Shown here: piece by piece, positions 22,531 to 34,790 of the stretch
Layout: each line of letters begins with the position of its first letter
Position numbering within the stretch: the stretch's first letter is position 1
Assembly (NCBI GenBank): GCA_009103225.1
Contig: RHPI01003156.1
Location: forward strand, 164,537 to 228,536
From: Chlorokybus atmophyticus
Lineage: Eukaryota; Plantae; Mesostigma and Chlorokybus algae
DNA length: 64,000 nucleotides
Direction: 5' to 3'
Made by a program: the position numbers and the translations under genes
Notes under the pieces: model-generated
Databases searched by the model: none
What the model was told of the DNA's origin: nothing
What the model saw: the letters and a program-made list of their open reading frames with translations, nothing else

Positions 22531-23760
22531 AGGGCCTTACAGTAACGGAAGTTACTATTAGGTCTCTGTATCAAGTTTACAGGTGGCCTCAGCCACGACA
22601 GTCTAAATTAGTGTCCTCAGGTGCACGGCCGTTGCCAATATTTAGTCGGCCGGCAGGGAAAACATATTGCGACGTGTGAGTTGATTGAAGAATGGCAGGA
22701 GCAAGCTAATGCATACAAAGGCAATTGACATGAGGTGTAGCAAGTTAGATATCGTCTTGAGACATCTATGTGGCAACTTACATCATAAGATCATACCCTT
22801 AATAAGATCATACCCTACATTACAAGCAACAAATCACGTGAAGACCTTGCCGGCAGCAAAGCGTGAACCGCAAAAAGCTATCTCATTGTCGGATGCTGAG
22901 ATAAATGCTTTGCTAAAGGTTCTACAATCCATGTGCAAGTGTGTTAATGTGAAATTGTTAGCATCGCAGCCGGCTATCAATGCAAATATACTGTATAGAT
23001 CGCCATCAGCATCGCTATTTAACATTATGGCTTAATTGTTCGTGTGGCGGCGTCGATCAATATGAAGTGCCTTACACCTTCACGAGGCTCGCGAGTAAAA
23101 TGTACAATATATGACTACGCTGTTGCAATTGCAAACTAGGAGCAATCATCAGTCAATGTACAAAGCAAATGCGGGTTCTATTGTGAAGCGCTTGTGTCTG
23201 GTTTGCTTTTTACTACTTTCGGCAAAATTCTATGAAGCAACTCGTAAACATGGCAATACACATTGTGATTATGATATTAACATCAAGGTCAATGTATACA
23301 TATGCAATGCTTGTATGTGTTTGGGTAGTCATGAAACTATACTATGATTGTACATGCATAGATGCTTCTTGTATGCCAACATGTCTATTCACGTTACCGT
23401 CATCATCATCAATGTGATTGGCAGAAATGGAGTCATCCGGACCCGGGGAGTACTTCCACGCCTTGGGGAAAAACTTCCGTCCTCGACCGTCTGCTGCCAT
23501 GCCTACGGTCGACGTCGACCCACTGCCGGGCCGGCGACTCTCCGACCAATCGCGGAGCAGCAGAGAGGCTTATCCCCACCGCCATCCGCTCGCTAAATCC
23601 CAGCCGACGGGTTTCTTGAGCCGCGTCCACGCGGCAGCATCGCAGTGCATGCGTCTCATTCTAGCCGACACTAAGGAGTCTGTGTGGTGTCGTGGTGCTG
23701 GACGCTGACATAGCCGTTGTCGTTGTTGCCGCCGCCGTCATCGCCCAGTGCGCAGCAACA

Positions 23761-24641
23761 ATGGCCGCCGCCGTCTCTACCTCCGCCGTGGTGTGCACCG
23801 TAGCGCGGCCGGTCGCCGCCCCAAAGCGCAACATCGCGGGCGCTCCCGTCGGTGAGGGGGACTGGATGCGTGTTGCACGTCTTGTTTGTGTCCACATCTC
23901 CGCGTAATGGTGGTTGTGCAGCAGTTGGCTGGTGCTGCACCACCTTGCGTGTAGGCTATGAGCTTGTGGCGATCCGTGTTCAATGACAGTTCAGCTGCAG
24001 TGTTGTTGCTTGCCAGCTGAAACCAGCTGCCTGTGTGCATGCGTGTGGGTGCGGTGCCGCATGCACATGCGGCTGACTGTGTCCATGCGGTTGGTGCTGC
24101 TGGTCATGTCATTGTTAAGCCGCTGATGTGCGATGTTGCCGCTGCAATACTATGTGTTGCACTTACGCGAGTCTGCTGCCCATTGTAATACTTGTGTGCA
24201 TTGTGTTTTTCAGTGGGCAAGTCAGTGGCGGCCCACACCGGCGCTGCTCGCCGCGCTGTTGTCATGAGGTAAGACGTTTGCGCCTTGGGCGTGTGCAAGT
24301 CACTGGTTGCGTGAAACGAACATGTGAAGTGTTGAAATCATTGAAACACTCTGTTGTGTGGGTTGATATGGATTCTTTGCAAGTGTCTGCATCACGTTCA
24401 CACTGCTTCTGTCTGTCTGCGTTGCAGCGCTGATAAGAAGGTTGCCGCCCCCGCTCTGACCGCCGCCTCCCTTGCCATCATGTCCGCACTTCCCGACGTC
24501 GCCATGGCCGTGGAGCAGCCCGGCGTGACCCCATCCCTCAAGAACCTGCTGCTCTCCGTGCTTGCGGGAGGCACAGTGCTGGCCCTTATCGCTGTGGCCG
24601 TTGGCGGTGTGTCCTCTTTCGACCAGGTCAAGAGGCGGTAG
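23761..24641 (+). CDS. PSBX: Photosystem II subunit X precursor, nuclear-encoded; join(23761..23851, 24214..24268, 24428..24641), 119 aa
   Basis: Mature part [38 protein letters not shown] is the PsbX signature. Two GT-AG introns with matching phases join a transit peptide (MAAAVSTS...RRAVVMS) and a lumenal signal ending AMA. Confidence 0.93.
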
Positions 24642-25905
24642 AGTATATACCCGTTTACGCACGCAGTATAAACTGTTAGCTACCAGCTAATAGATGGAGT
24701 ATACCCCACAATGCCTACGATGTGGCACGCTCGACCGTTGACCTGGACACATACTTCGTACAGTCGGTTGTTTATAATGTATAATCAGTTTTGCACTCGC
24801 TCAGTAGACAAGTGCATGTGTTTGCAGCTTGCAGTATCAGATTGCAGCTTCTGTGGTTGATGTTGCCGTTGACGACAGCCAGTGCGGTCCTGTCTTCTGA
24901 CAGAAAGAGTTGCCCTGATCTCATGACAAGGGCCTCCTCCTGCTTCCTCCTGTCCTGCAGGTATATGTGTGTGCATGCAATGGCGTGAATGCATGTGCGT
25001 GCTCGTGCAATCACGCTCGCGGGTGTTTGTGAGAGCATAGGTGTCCATCCTTACATTGATGCATACCCTTGCAGATGGTGTGCTGTCCAGCATGCATTGG
25101 CATTGTATCGTATTGGTGTCTTGACAGCTGCTTTGGCACTGGTGCAATATCTCAGGGAGCCCTTTGAGCGTGAGACATTGCGTGCCTGCTTGTCACAGCT
25201 GCTGGCACATGCTGCAGGGGCAAGGGGTAGAGCCTTTGCCTCTTGCTGCTACCTCCACCGTAGAGGTAGCGTGCGCACCACCGCATGGGAGTAGGTTGTG
25301 CCAGCATTCACACCTGCCTTGTGGATTTTGCCCAATCAACATCCATTGCATGCACCTGAGCAAATGCATCAGTGCATCAGTGTGACTGACATCACCACAG
25401 CAACAATTGCACTGCCACTCCAACGCGTGGGCGCTCAAGAATAAGGAGGCCGTGCGGGATCTGCACACACGTGACAACAGGTTAAACATGCCGTGTGCTG
25501 CTCAGGACGACTTCCACGCTGCGCCGCCGCGGCCTGCCCCTTGGCGCTGGGTAATGTTCACTGTTCTGCTCTCAAACAGGCATGCCGCCAGCAGTGCTAG
25601 CTGACAGCCCGCCGCAACTTACAGAAGTGATGCGTGCGGTAGCAAAGAACGCAGCGTGCTTCTCAATATAACAATGCGCAAACAGTATGGTGTAGCTACA
25701 GTACACCATACGATTAGTTGGTAACAACCACAACAATGATGACTGGCTATGCACGAAACAGTCATGATACACTTTAATCATGATCGTGCAAATAGTTGAT
25801 GTACTGTGTACATCAAATAACAGTGCCACTTGATATACTGTGTACATCAACAGTGCCACTTGAACTCCGGCTGGTTGTTGAAGGGTGCTACTTGCTCCTT
25901 CTTGC

Positions 25906-27400
25906 TCACCGGCGAGCAGTAGTGTACGCAACTAGCATTGCAATGGGTGTCATTAGCATCACAAGCAGTGCGACGCGGCTGTTGAGCGTGTCGTAGTACT
26001 CACGCCCGCGCCTGGACAGCGGCAGCGGCATGATCAACAACAGATACCCCTGCCAAGCCGCGTCCAGCTGGTGCTCTTGCGCTCCTTCCTGGGTATCAGC
26101 ATTCACACCCACCTCATGAGACGAGCGGTCACGAGCCGCTGAGTCACGCATGCGCACGTGCACACATGTACTTGCATGTATTCCTGCACACGCACGCATG
26201 TGCGCACATGCACAGGCGCACATGCATGCACGCACACGGACACACACGCGTATGCACACAGGCACATACACACGTGCATACACATATACACTCGCAAGCG
26301 CACACACACGCGCGCGTTCTCACTTGCAGCAGCTTGAGGTAGCGCTGGTCGGGCACGAGGTCTTTCCTGAACGTGCGCGACCCCGGAGTGGAGACAAACA
26401 CGCGTGCATCAGCGCACCTCGTCTCGTCGTAGGCCGTCACCTTGCACTGGCCGACATCATACCCCGTCTCCATGCGCCTCAGCCTCTCCCAGTCGCCCGG
26501 AAGCAGCTCGTACAGCACGCCATGCGCACACGCAGTGGTCTCCTCGTCCTCACACGCCACCAGATTGCCAAACCCTAGCAGCCTGACAACGTCATCAACA
26601 TACGAGCATGAGCATGAGCATACACATTGTCACTGCAATGTTTATGGCAACGCACCCATGCTCGTGTCCCTCGCTTTCCCTCACCTCCTCTGTGGTCGAA
26701 GAGGAGTCTTTGGCCGTGCGCGCGTGCGGGGCGAGCGGAGAGCGGCCGGATAGAACGCTGGCCGGTCAGCTTGCGCGTGCTCGTGTTGGCACCGTAAGCA
26801 AAGTACGACACCGCCGCCGCTGCGGGGTCCGTGTCATTGTCCGTGTGCAACGGCCTTGTGCAACGGTGATCGCGGGTGGGAGCAGCAGCAGTGCTGGCGG
26901 CCATGGTGGGTAGCGATGATGACGGCCATGATGGTGTTGGTGTGCTCAAGGTGTGCCTGCCCAGCACGAGGGTGGGTGTTTGTCGACAGTATGCAGACCT
27001 CTTCAGTGACAGAGAGCGAGCAACTTTGTGTGCATCCACCGTAATGACCGCCTGTGCTTGCGTGTCAATTCAAGAACTGCCTGGCATCCCTTACAAACAG
27101 CACTCTATGCTTCTGTTGTTGTGCATGCGTGAGTGCATGGTAGTGGCTATGATGCGATGCCTAACGCGGAGAGCCCCGCTGGCTGAGCTACCCTCCTAAC
27201 CCTACTGCCCTCCAAGCTCACCTCGCCGAATGACGGGGCTCTTCCTCCGCCGTTTGTGGCGTGCACGCCGAGCACCGCAGCAGGGCTGTCCATCTCCCTC
27301 GCCTGCGCCTCCTCGTCCATGGAGCGCCGTCACTCGCAGGAGACGGAGACGGCGCATGCGGACGCTGCCACTGCACGGCGGTGGTCGTTGCCGCCATCAT
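25906..27400 (-). CDS. Gamma-glutamylcyclotransferase-like (GGCT/AIG2-like) protein; exons about 27400-27222, 26956-26685, 26574-26324 and 26088-(25906 or further spliced)
   Basis: Motifs YFAYGAN, GFGNLV, AHGVLYEL..D.ERL..METGY and PDQRYLKLLQEGA. Splice phases are consistent at three introns. The 3' end is uncertain because of a further GTGAG donor near 25910. Confidence 0.8.
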
Positions 27401-29143
27401 CGTCGGCAGCGCTGTGCGTAGAACCGCGACTCCCTTACAATCACGGTGTGTTCGCTGACGGCGTAATGCCGTAAAAGACGGTGTTATGACGTGTATATGT
27501 GTATTCGATCGTAGTCGATCGCGTCATTACATCAACGAAACGAAACAATTTTAATCTATTGATTGTTAGCGCACGACTGTTGCAATGTGTCGTGAAGCGT
27601 TGTGGCTTAGTTGTGCACCGTGCGCATGTGGATGTGTTCATACTGATAATATTGCCATATTGATATGCTTGTTACCATTATGCACATGGCACAGAGTTTA
27701 TCATAAAGCTAGAGCATTTGCATGTGGGTATGATTTTGTGTTGCGGTGTGATCATGGTTATAACAATCCGCATCACCAACTTTTACCTACCTGGTATTTT
27801 GCGTGACGCTTGAGCAGTTAGTACAAATTGCATTATACCGCACAGAGGTAGTCACATGATCCAAAATAAATGACGCAGCTTCAGGGCATGTAAACATAAA
27901 GAGATGCCCTGGCCATGCCCCCCAAGTCACCAATAGTATCGGCTGCGGCGACGATCAATTAATCACCGGCTATGTCGCACCTATAGCAAGTGTTTGTTCT
28001 CAAAGAATGCTTACCATATCGTACATATGATACTACGTAACACCACAGGTTATGTATTGGTGACAATGCTTGCATACGGAGCTCTACCTTGTAGACATAT
28101 AGTCAGTCTCCTCTTATTCCACCCTCTCTCACAAGTCTTTATATATATGCAACAACTTCATGCGCACTTTATGTGTTGTAGTTGTTTACATCCAAAAGCT
28201 CCACGATCATTATGTTGTAGTTGACTGCCATTTTGCCGGGTTAACCCAACCTCATAAGACTCAGTTAAAATTCTTGCCTAGCCTACCACCTCTATCACGC
28301 CTCTAGACACTTGCTAAACCAGTGTAGTGTGGGCATATATCCTATTGAGATGCGGACAATACTAGTAGTAGTACAGACCATGCATTGAATTGGTGCAAGC
28401 ACTAATACACACTCTACCTTCGCATACACACAAGGCTAATTCAACAGGTTGTCCAAAGATTGAAACAAAGTCACACCGCGGGTGTGTAAACTCGCCAATC
28501 ACACACTCGTCTACTCAAAAAGCCATCACGACTTTTGCACTCTGCAACATTCTTGCACTCTAGGATGTGCCACATTGCTACTCTTGCATTATTTCAATAA
28601 GCTATGCCACGCTCCATATGATGACATAAGGACTGTTCTACAAGACTTCTCCTGCCTACACGCCTAGAACCTTCCAGACTCCAGAATTGATTTTGTCCGC
28701 GCCTGCACCTTCTCGACCAAAGTCCGCGCTTGGACTCTTTTTGATTGGAACCTTCTCGCGCTTGAATCTTCTCGCGGCTATTTTCACACACACGGCAAGC
28801 CAACCGGATACAAAAATATCCTCAACACGGCGGTTATAGAATAACATTGATGTGTCGATAATGTAGCTGTTGATGTCGATCGGTAGGTCGGTTATCTTTG
28901 CCTTTTTTCGTGTTTATAAATTCCTATACGTGAGTCAACCAACATTGGGTTTGCTGTTAATTGTGGTTGGTCCCGTGTGTCTCGTTTTGGCTAGCTGCAA
29001 ACCAATTGCGGTTTACAGCTAGGTTTGGTAAATGTTTTATTGCATGCTGTTATAGTTGGTGGCATTCATGTTAGTAGCGGCAAACGCGTGGTCGACATTG
29101 GTGGTGGGCATTGCGGCGCGGTTTTTAATCATGCAGCCCATTT

Positions 29144-29207
29144 CGTTTAACCCGCTTATCAATCACGGCGACGCATACATTGCCGTGATTGATGAGCGGG
29201 TTAAACG
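29144..29207. other. Near-perfect 26-bp hairpin with a 12-nt loop
   Basis: CGTTTAACCCGCTTATCAATCACGGC (29144-29169) pairs with GCCGTGATTGATGAGCGGGTTAAACG (29182-29207), with one T:G mismatch. Confidence 0.85.
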
Positions 29208-29247
29208 GAACCCACTCATGAATCATGTGGTGTCCTTGCAAATTCAA

Positions 29248-31920
29248 CACGGTGACTGACCAAGGACTGAGGGACCGACGGGTGCCTAAGCTTGCCTGCC
29301 GCTGCCTGAAATGTTACTTTTGGACTGTTGTGTTTGCCATTGGCTTATGTGGATTACCGCAAACGGCCGCGGGCCGAAAGTGGTTGTCAGTGGCAGTAAC
29401 CGGCCGAGAGTTGTCAACGAGGTACCCTTTGGTTGATGTGCCAAGACGGCCGTTAGCAGGTAGTCACAGGACAGCTGACAGCAATAGCCAGCGGTTTCTT
29501 GCCGTTACACTGCTGTTAATATATGACCCTTACCGTTGGACAAAAGTTGACAATTCATGCCGTAAGCCAACACCAACATGCCATGCAGCTTGTACATACC
29601 TTGGACTGATTGTTTAGTCTTGCAACTATAAGCCCATAATATATACAATGTACCGGCAATGGTGAGGGTATGTCCACTGGCAACTGAGCAGCCGATTTGC
29701 GCATGAAACTACCTTGTAACATTGAGTCTAGCTGTCGCACTTATGCGCAGCTTGTCAACCCGTGGTGCCTGCCTCAGAACTCCTCCTTAACCCCCTCCTG
29801 CTGTTCCTCCGCCGACAAGTCTTCTGCTTCAACATTGGAATTATCTTCATATGCTGCCTCACTCGCTTACAATACAGCGGCTACTTCGTCCTTCAGCTTG
29901 AATGTCAGCACCTCGCCGTGCACACGCATGCGCATGATGGTCGCTTTGAGAGTGACCACCTGCATTCGGTAAAGCTGTAAGAGTGGCGTGCTGCCCGAAG
30001 ACTAGCCCATCAGCATACACATGATTACCTGGTCTTCCGCTTTGTTGCACTCCGCCAGGCAGTTAGTCAGCCTGCCGTGCTGCTCTTGGTTCTCTCTAAC
30101 CAACATGGCAATCTGCAAGCATACTGCTTAATTGTCGCTAACAACATTATATCAAGTTATGAATTACCCATTCGTGGTACTCTGCAGCTTCTCTTTCGCG
30201 ACTTGTGAGCTCCCGCAAGTAGAGATAGGCTGTGCATTTGCGAGATTGGTCATGCTGTTCATGTGCATGACACTGGAGGGTGTGCATGAGGGTGTGCATG
30301 TGGTATTGACAATGTATGTCATGTGCAAGATACTTGAGGCTGTGCATGTGCAAGATAAAAGAACCCTAGCATGTAGCATTGACAATGCATTGTAACCCAC
30401 TTTGGTTATGCCAGTCTTCTTTGGTCCTGTCAATCATGTCGCCGTGGCTGCTGCTACTGGTGGGTTTGATGTTTTTAAAGAAAGTATTGTGGTGTGCCTT
30501 TGCCCACTTTGGAGCGGAACCCTGTAAGATATCGCCCAAATCATTGTTGTTATTGGATGTGCCCTTGGTAGGCATGGTGGGGTTTGACACCAAGGACACC
30601 CCACCGGCACCTTGCCCTGTGCGAACATGGGCTTCATCCCGGACCTCGACCACAACGCCCACTACGCCCCTGGCAGCGTCGCCAACGATCCACCAAACGC
30701 CACATACCCTTGGCATCACCGCACTGTAAGGGCATAGCTTGGTGGAGCCATTAATGGTGTTTTCATGCGCAGGGACTGGCATTGCCAGCACTTGTCAATG
30801 GTATCAACTGCCATTGCCATTGTAAAGAGGTACCATTTCAATGGAACCTTTTTGCAATGGCGTCTTCGTACTATTGAAACGGATCAATTAGGATAATTAG
30901 GCAAACTCACCCCACCCTGGACATGCAATGGCTCGATCGTACCATAATAATGGTACGATGGAGCCGTCACGCCAGAGAATGGCGGCCAATTTTCCGCCTC
31001 TGGCATGCAAGGGTAGCGGCGGTGGTGGCGGCGGCGGCGCGTGTTGCTGGATATGATGATGCTGGTTATATTGGCGACACCTGTGTCAACGTCAAAAATA
31101 GGCTATGGGAGTCCTTTGTCCGTATTGCCACATGCGCTTCGCCACACGTAGCTCGGTCTACATGCACATTGTTAGCAGCAGGGTGTGCAAGGAAGTCAAG
31201 ATGTATGTTGGCCAGCGTCAATTATAGTACGATGCGGGTCATGTGGAACCGGGGAGTTCGATCTAGGATGCGCACATGCTTGATGCTGAAGGATTCCTCC
31301 AGGAGACACACGCACAGCAGCAACAGGAGGAGGAGGAATTGAACGAGGGCTTTCGATGTGTGCGTGTGCCTGAGAAACATGTGGCACGTCAACATGGAAG
31401 TGGAGGCGTCCCTTCGCACGCGTCGGAATTCAGGTGGTATGGCTCGGAGCATGCTCTTGCAGTGGCATTCGTGCAGTGCAACAACGGCCAAGGCCTGTCG
31501 GCCTCCGACATGGGCCGGATCATCAAGTGCATCCGTAATGCACATTTTCTTACGGAAGAGCTTCAGTGGGAGACCGGTGTGCATGTGGCCAGCTACCTCT
31601 GGACCACAATTGCTTTCTCTCAATCTGAGGTGTGTTTACGGTGTGCGGTGCATGTGCTTCAACCATTAGAGCCATGTTACATATGTACATGAGTGTGTGC
31701 TGCCGTATCAGAACTACGTGACAGCTGACATGTGCAAGCCTGGAGATCGTGAGGATTAGAACATCAGCGTCACATATATGCCGGTCAAGGTCTGTAAAAT
31801 GCAGTTTCTAATCAAAGGCCATCATGGCTGTTAATGCTCTTGGTTGGAGCAGGTATGGCTCGCGTGGTTGTATTGCAATCCACATACCGTCAATGGCTTC
31901 AATCTCCATTGGTGACGAGC
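29248..31920 (+). mobile_element. Second, truncated copy of the Plavaka element (left end through the first transposase exons)
   Basis: Collinear with about 2874-5937, lacking the 358-bp duplication. Homology stops at GACGAGC, where the TRIM LTR begins. Confidence 0.88.
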
Positions 31921-32404
31921 TGTTACAGCCCATTCGACCACAAAAGGTTTGGTGCTTTTATGGTCAATTGGTGGTTATATCATGTACCTTCCCGTTACAT
32001 TCCCCCCCACTTAAGAACGCTGACGTCTTCGGCATATAGCTCCCATCAGCTGGGGAATCATCCCAGGGGTTTGCTAGGGTTGGCCACCTGCCCCAACGGC
32101 AAGGACCGGCAAATTAGGCCCATACCGGTCAACGCACGCATAGCGCGCCGCTGCCGGCCCCACAGGTCGCATTGCGATAGGCAGGTCGCATCTTGCCGCG
32201 CCGACTGAACTGGTCAGTCCGACGCGACTGTCATTAGGCAAATCGCGACCTATTGATGATGACACTTATAAAGTGACCATTTATGATGTTATTGGATCGA
32301 GAAACAACGACCGCGTAATTCGTGTGCAAGGCAGGAATGGAACCCTGGTCTCAAGCTCCGATGACCAATGTCACAGCCCACTCGACCACAAAAGGCTTGG
32401 TGCT
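31921..32404 (-). mobile_element. TRIM-like miniature LTR retrotransposon
   Basis: On the minus strand: partial 5' LTR (32369-32404), PBS-like TGGTCATCGGAGC (32355-32367), about 370 bp non-coding interior, PPT AAGTGGGGGGGAA (32000-32012), and a 79-bp 3' LTR TGTAAC...GTAACA (31921-31999). Confidence 0.75.
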
Positions 32405-32624
32405 GACCATTGACTAGTGTTGACTAGTGCTGACTTTAACCATAGTTGACTAGAGTTGACTAGTGCTTAGTAGCATAGTATGTAAGACACTGTATACTGC
32501 TTAATACAGTGGGTCACACATTGTCTCTATGGTTGGCATGCTTGCTGCACTTGTCCTTAATGTGTGCACACTTGTATGTAGGAGGCAAATACACACACAC
32601 TAGGCGCATTACTACTTCTCAACA
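32405..32624 (+). repeat. Partial Copia LTR (family A), 3' half
   Basis: Matches the 3' part of the LTR at 37917-38281 and ends TTCTCAACA. Confidence 0.85.
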
Positions 32625-34790
32625 GGAGGGAGAGGTGCGCCCCCACGTGGGGAGGGGAGAGGAGGAGGTAAACAAGGAGGGTAACAGTGGTGGCGAGGAG
32701 GAGGAGGACGATGAGGACCCGCCCTCCGTCACTTGCAAGCGGAAGAAGAGGGTGGCAAGCCCGCTCTTCAACGCTTCCACCCCGTCCATGACACTCACGG
32801 AGGCCATGGCAAGGAGGTTGGAGAAGTTGGAGGCGGAGAACATGTGCCTCAAGTGTGGGAAGGCGCCTGCCATCCCTCACAATGAGCCTGTTGATGAGCT
32901 TAACCACCCGCTTCTCACGAGCATCCTTCGCCGCGACAAAGGCGACTCCACTATACCCGATGCTCGTATGGAGGTGTTGGCCACTCGCTTTAACGATCCC
33001 GCGGTCCCTTAGAAGGGGAACATGAAGAAGCGGGCTAGGCAACACATTGACGTGGCGGCGTACATCGCCTCGGCGGCGGCTTCTTCAAGCGTGTGCCCGC
33101 TCACCTTGCCAATGATCCCCACTTCACAAAAGGCCGCAAAGAGAACATGAAAGGTGGGCTCATTCTTTGTTGAGCACGTGTATACATTTAAGAATGCATG
33201 CGGGTGCGTTCGGGTACCCACGCACACATGCACATGCGTCCATTATAGGCCTTATGAAGGCTGGCCCATTGTCGATGTAGAGGCATCCATATGGATACAC
33301 AGTCATCTATATTGATATATTTGTTCCGCATCCCTCTTCCCCCCATATCCGATGGGGGGGGAGGACCCGCACCTAACACCCTTGCATGTCCACCTCTGTA
33401 TTCACATTATGATTATTTACAACAAGGTTACATGCACAACAGGTTGCATTTGCATGTCATGTATGAGGTGGTGATGGTAATGTGGGTGCGCCTGGCGCTA
33501 ACCCAGGGGCTCTGAGCTTATGTATGCATGCCCGCAACCAGTGTTGCTCACATGTGCTCTGTGCACCACCATTGGACGAGGTGTGCACGCAGTTCCACCA
33601 TGTGGAAGTCGCCAACAAGCATAGTTGAAAGGTGGTGGAGGAGCTCACGAGCGACCCTCTAGCTACGGACAATACAAAAGCAAAGCGCCTTAAGAAGGCA
33701 ATCAAAAAGGCGGCTGCGGTGCAACTTAAGCCCAAGGCAAAGGCGGCCTACACTCCCAACAAGGGGCGGGGTCAATACCCCCCCCCCCCCGCCTGCTACT
33801 CTGGCATCCTGGATCGGAATGCATATGGTGCGGGGCATACCAGCTTCAGGACCGCTCAAATGCAGTCTTAAGCCGCCTCTATAAGGGGCCAATGCGGCTC
33901 TCGCACATACTATAACTGTGGAGAGACGGGGCACTTGCGTGCCTATTGCCGCAAACCCTCAGCAGGACGTGGCGGCCACTAGTTTAATAGCACAGCTCTG
34001 CAGCCGCTGTGACGGCCTAGTCGCTGTACACTTGCATTCGTTGATGCTATAGCCCGGTAAGGCACTTCTTTGTGTTGGCCACTACTGCTTTAATCAAACT
34101 ACAAGCTTGGTAAACGAAAGTGCTGGATTCGTGATTAAAACTTGCAGAATCGCTATTTTGCTCGTAATGTTCGCTAGGGGTCTCTGAACACCCCCGAATA
34201 AAACTTTGGGACTATTATTATGAGGCGGATAGCATCATGCTGAGCAAAAAAGAATCAGGTTTTAACACATATTGAGCAAGTAGTTATGGCCATATGAAAG
34301 TCACAATAGGGATGAGGCCCAAATGACCTCCATTATGCATGCAACTTTGTGGCTAACTCTGTGAGGCCAGGAGCTTTATGATGAGCCCGTGCTCACTGGA
34401 CTCCGACATTGTATGCAAATGTTGTGGTTGTGTGCGCGCTGATATGCACACACGCATGTGTTGGGGGGCTGGCATGCGCCCATAACAACAACGGTCGTAT
34501 GCAATGATTTACACTGCCATGAAAATGGACCTTGTGCACAACTGGATGAAGCACCATGGGTTTGCTCGTGTCCCTGCCAAACTCACCGTTGAGGGGCCTT
34601 ACATGCGTCATCGACTGCGTGATGCCCTGCCGGCATGTCGTGAATATGTGAGTGTACTATTGTGCTCTTATGGGTGGAGTACGGGTACAAGCTACCATGG
34701 GCTGCTGACCCACCCCCGGAATGGGCATTCACCAACCACCAGGGTGTGCATGAGTTTGCGAACTTTACTGCGGCTGCCATTGCCAACTAA

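Larger units (their letters stand above)
2874..22676 (+). mobile_element. Plavaka-type (CACTA-related) multi-gene DNA transposon, about 13.8 kb excluding the nested Gypsy
   Basis: Contains a Plavaka transposase (5093-8238). The left boundary is where homology to the second copy begins (CACGGTGACTGAC at 2874 and 29248). The right boundary is inferred from the subterminal 53-bp array and a weak inverted match (TTGCGACG at 22667-22674 vs CGTCGCAA at 2860-2867). No TSD found. Confidence 0.6.

Noticed and set aside
28170-28846. Possible solo LTR ending GAATAACA
   Set aside because: No second copy, clear TG start or TSD.
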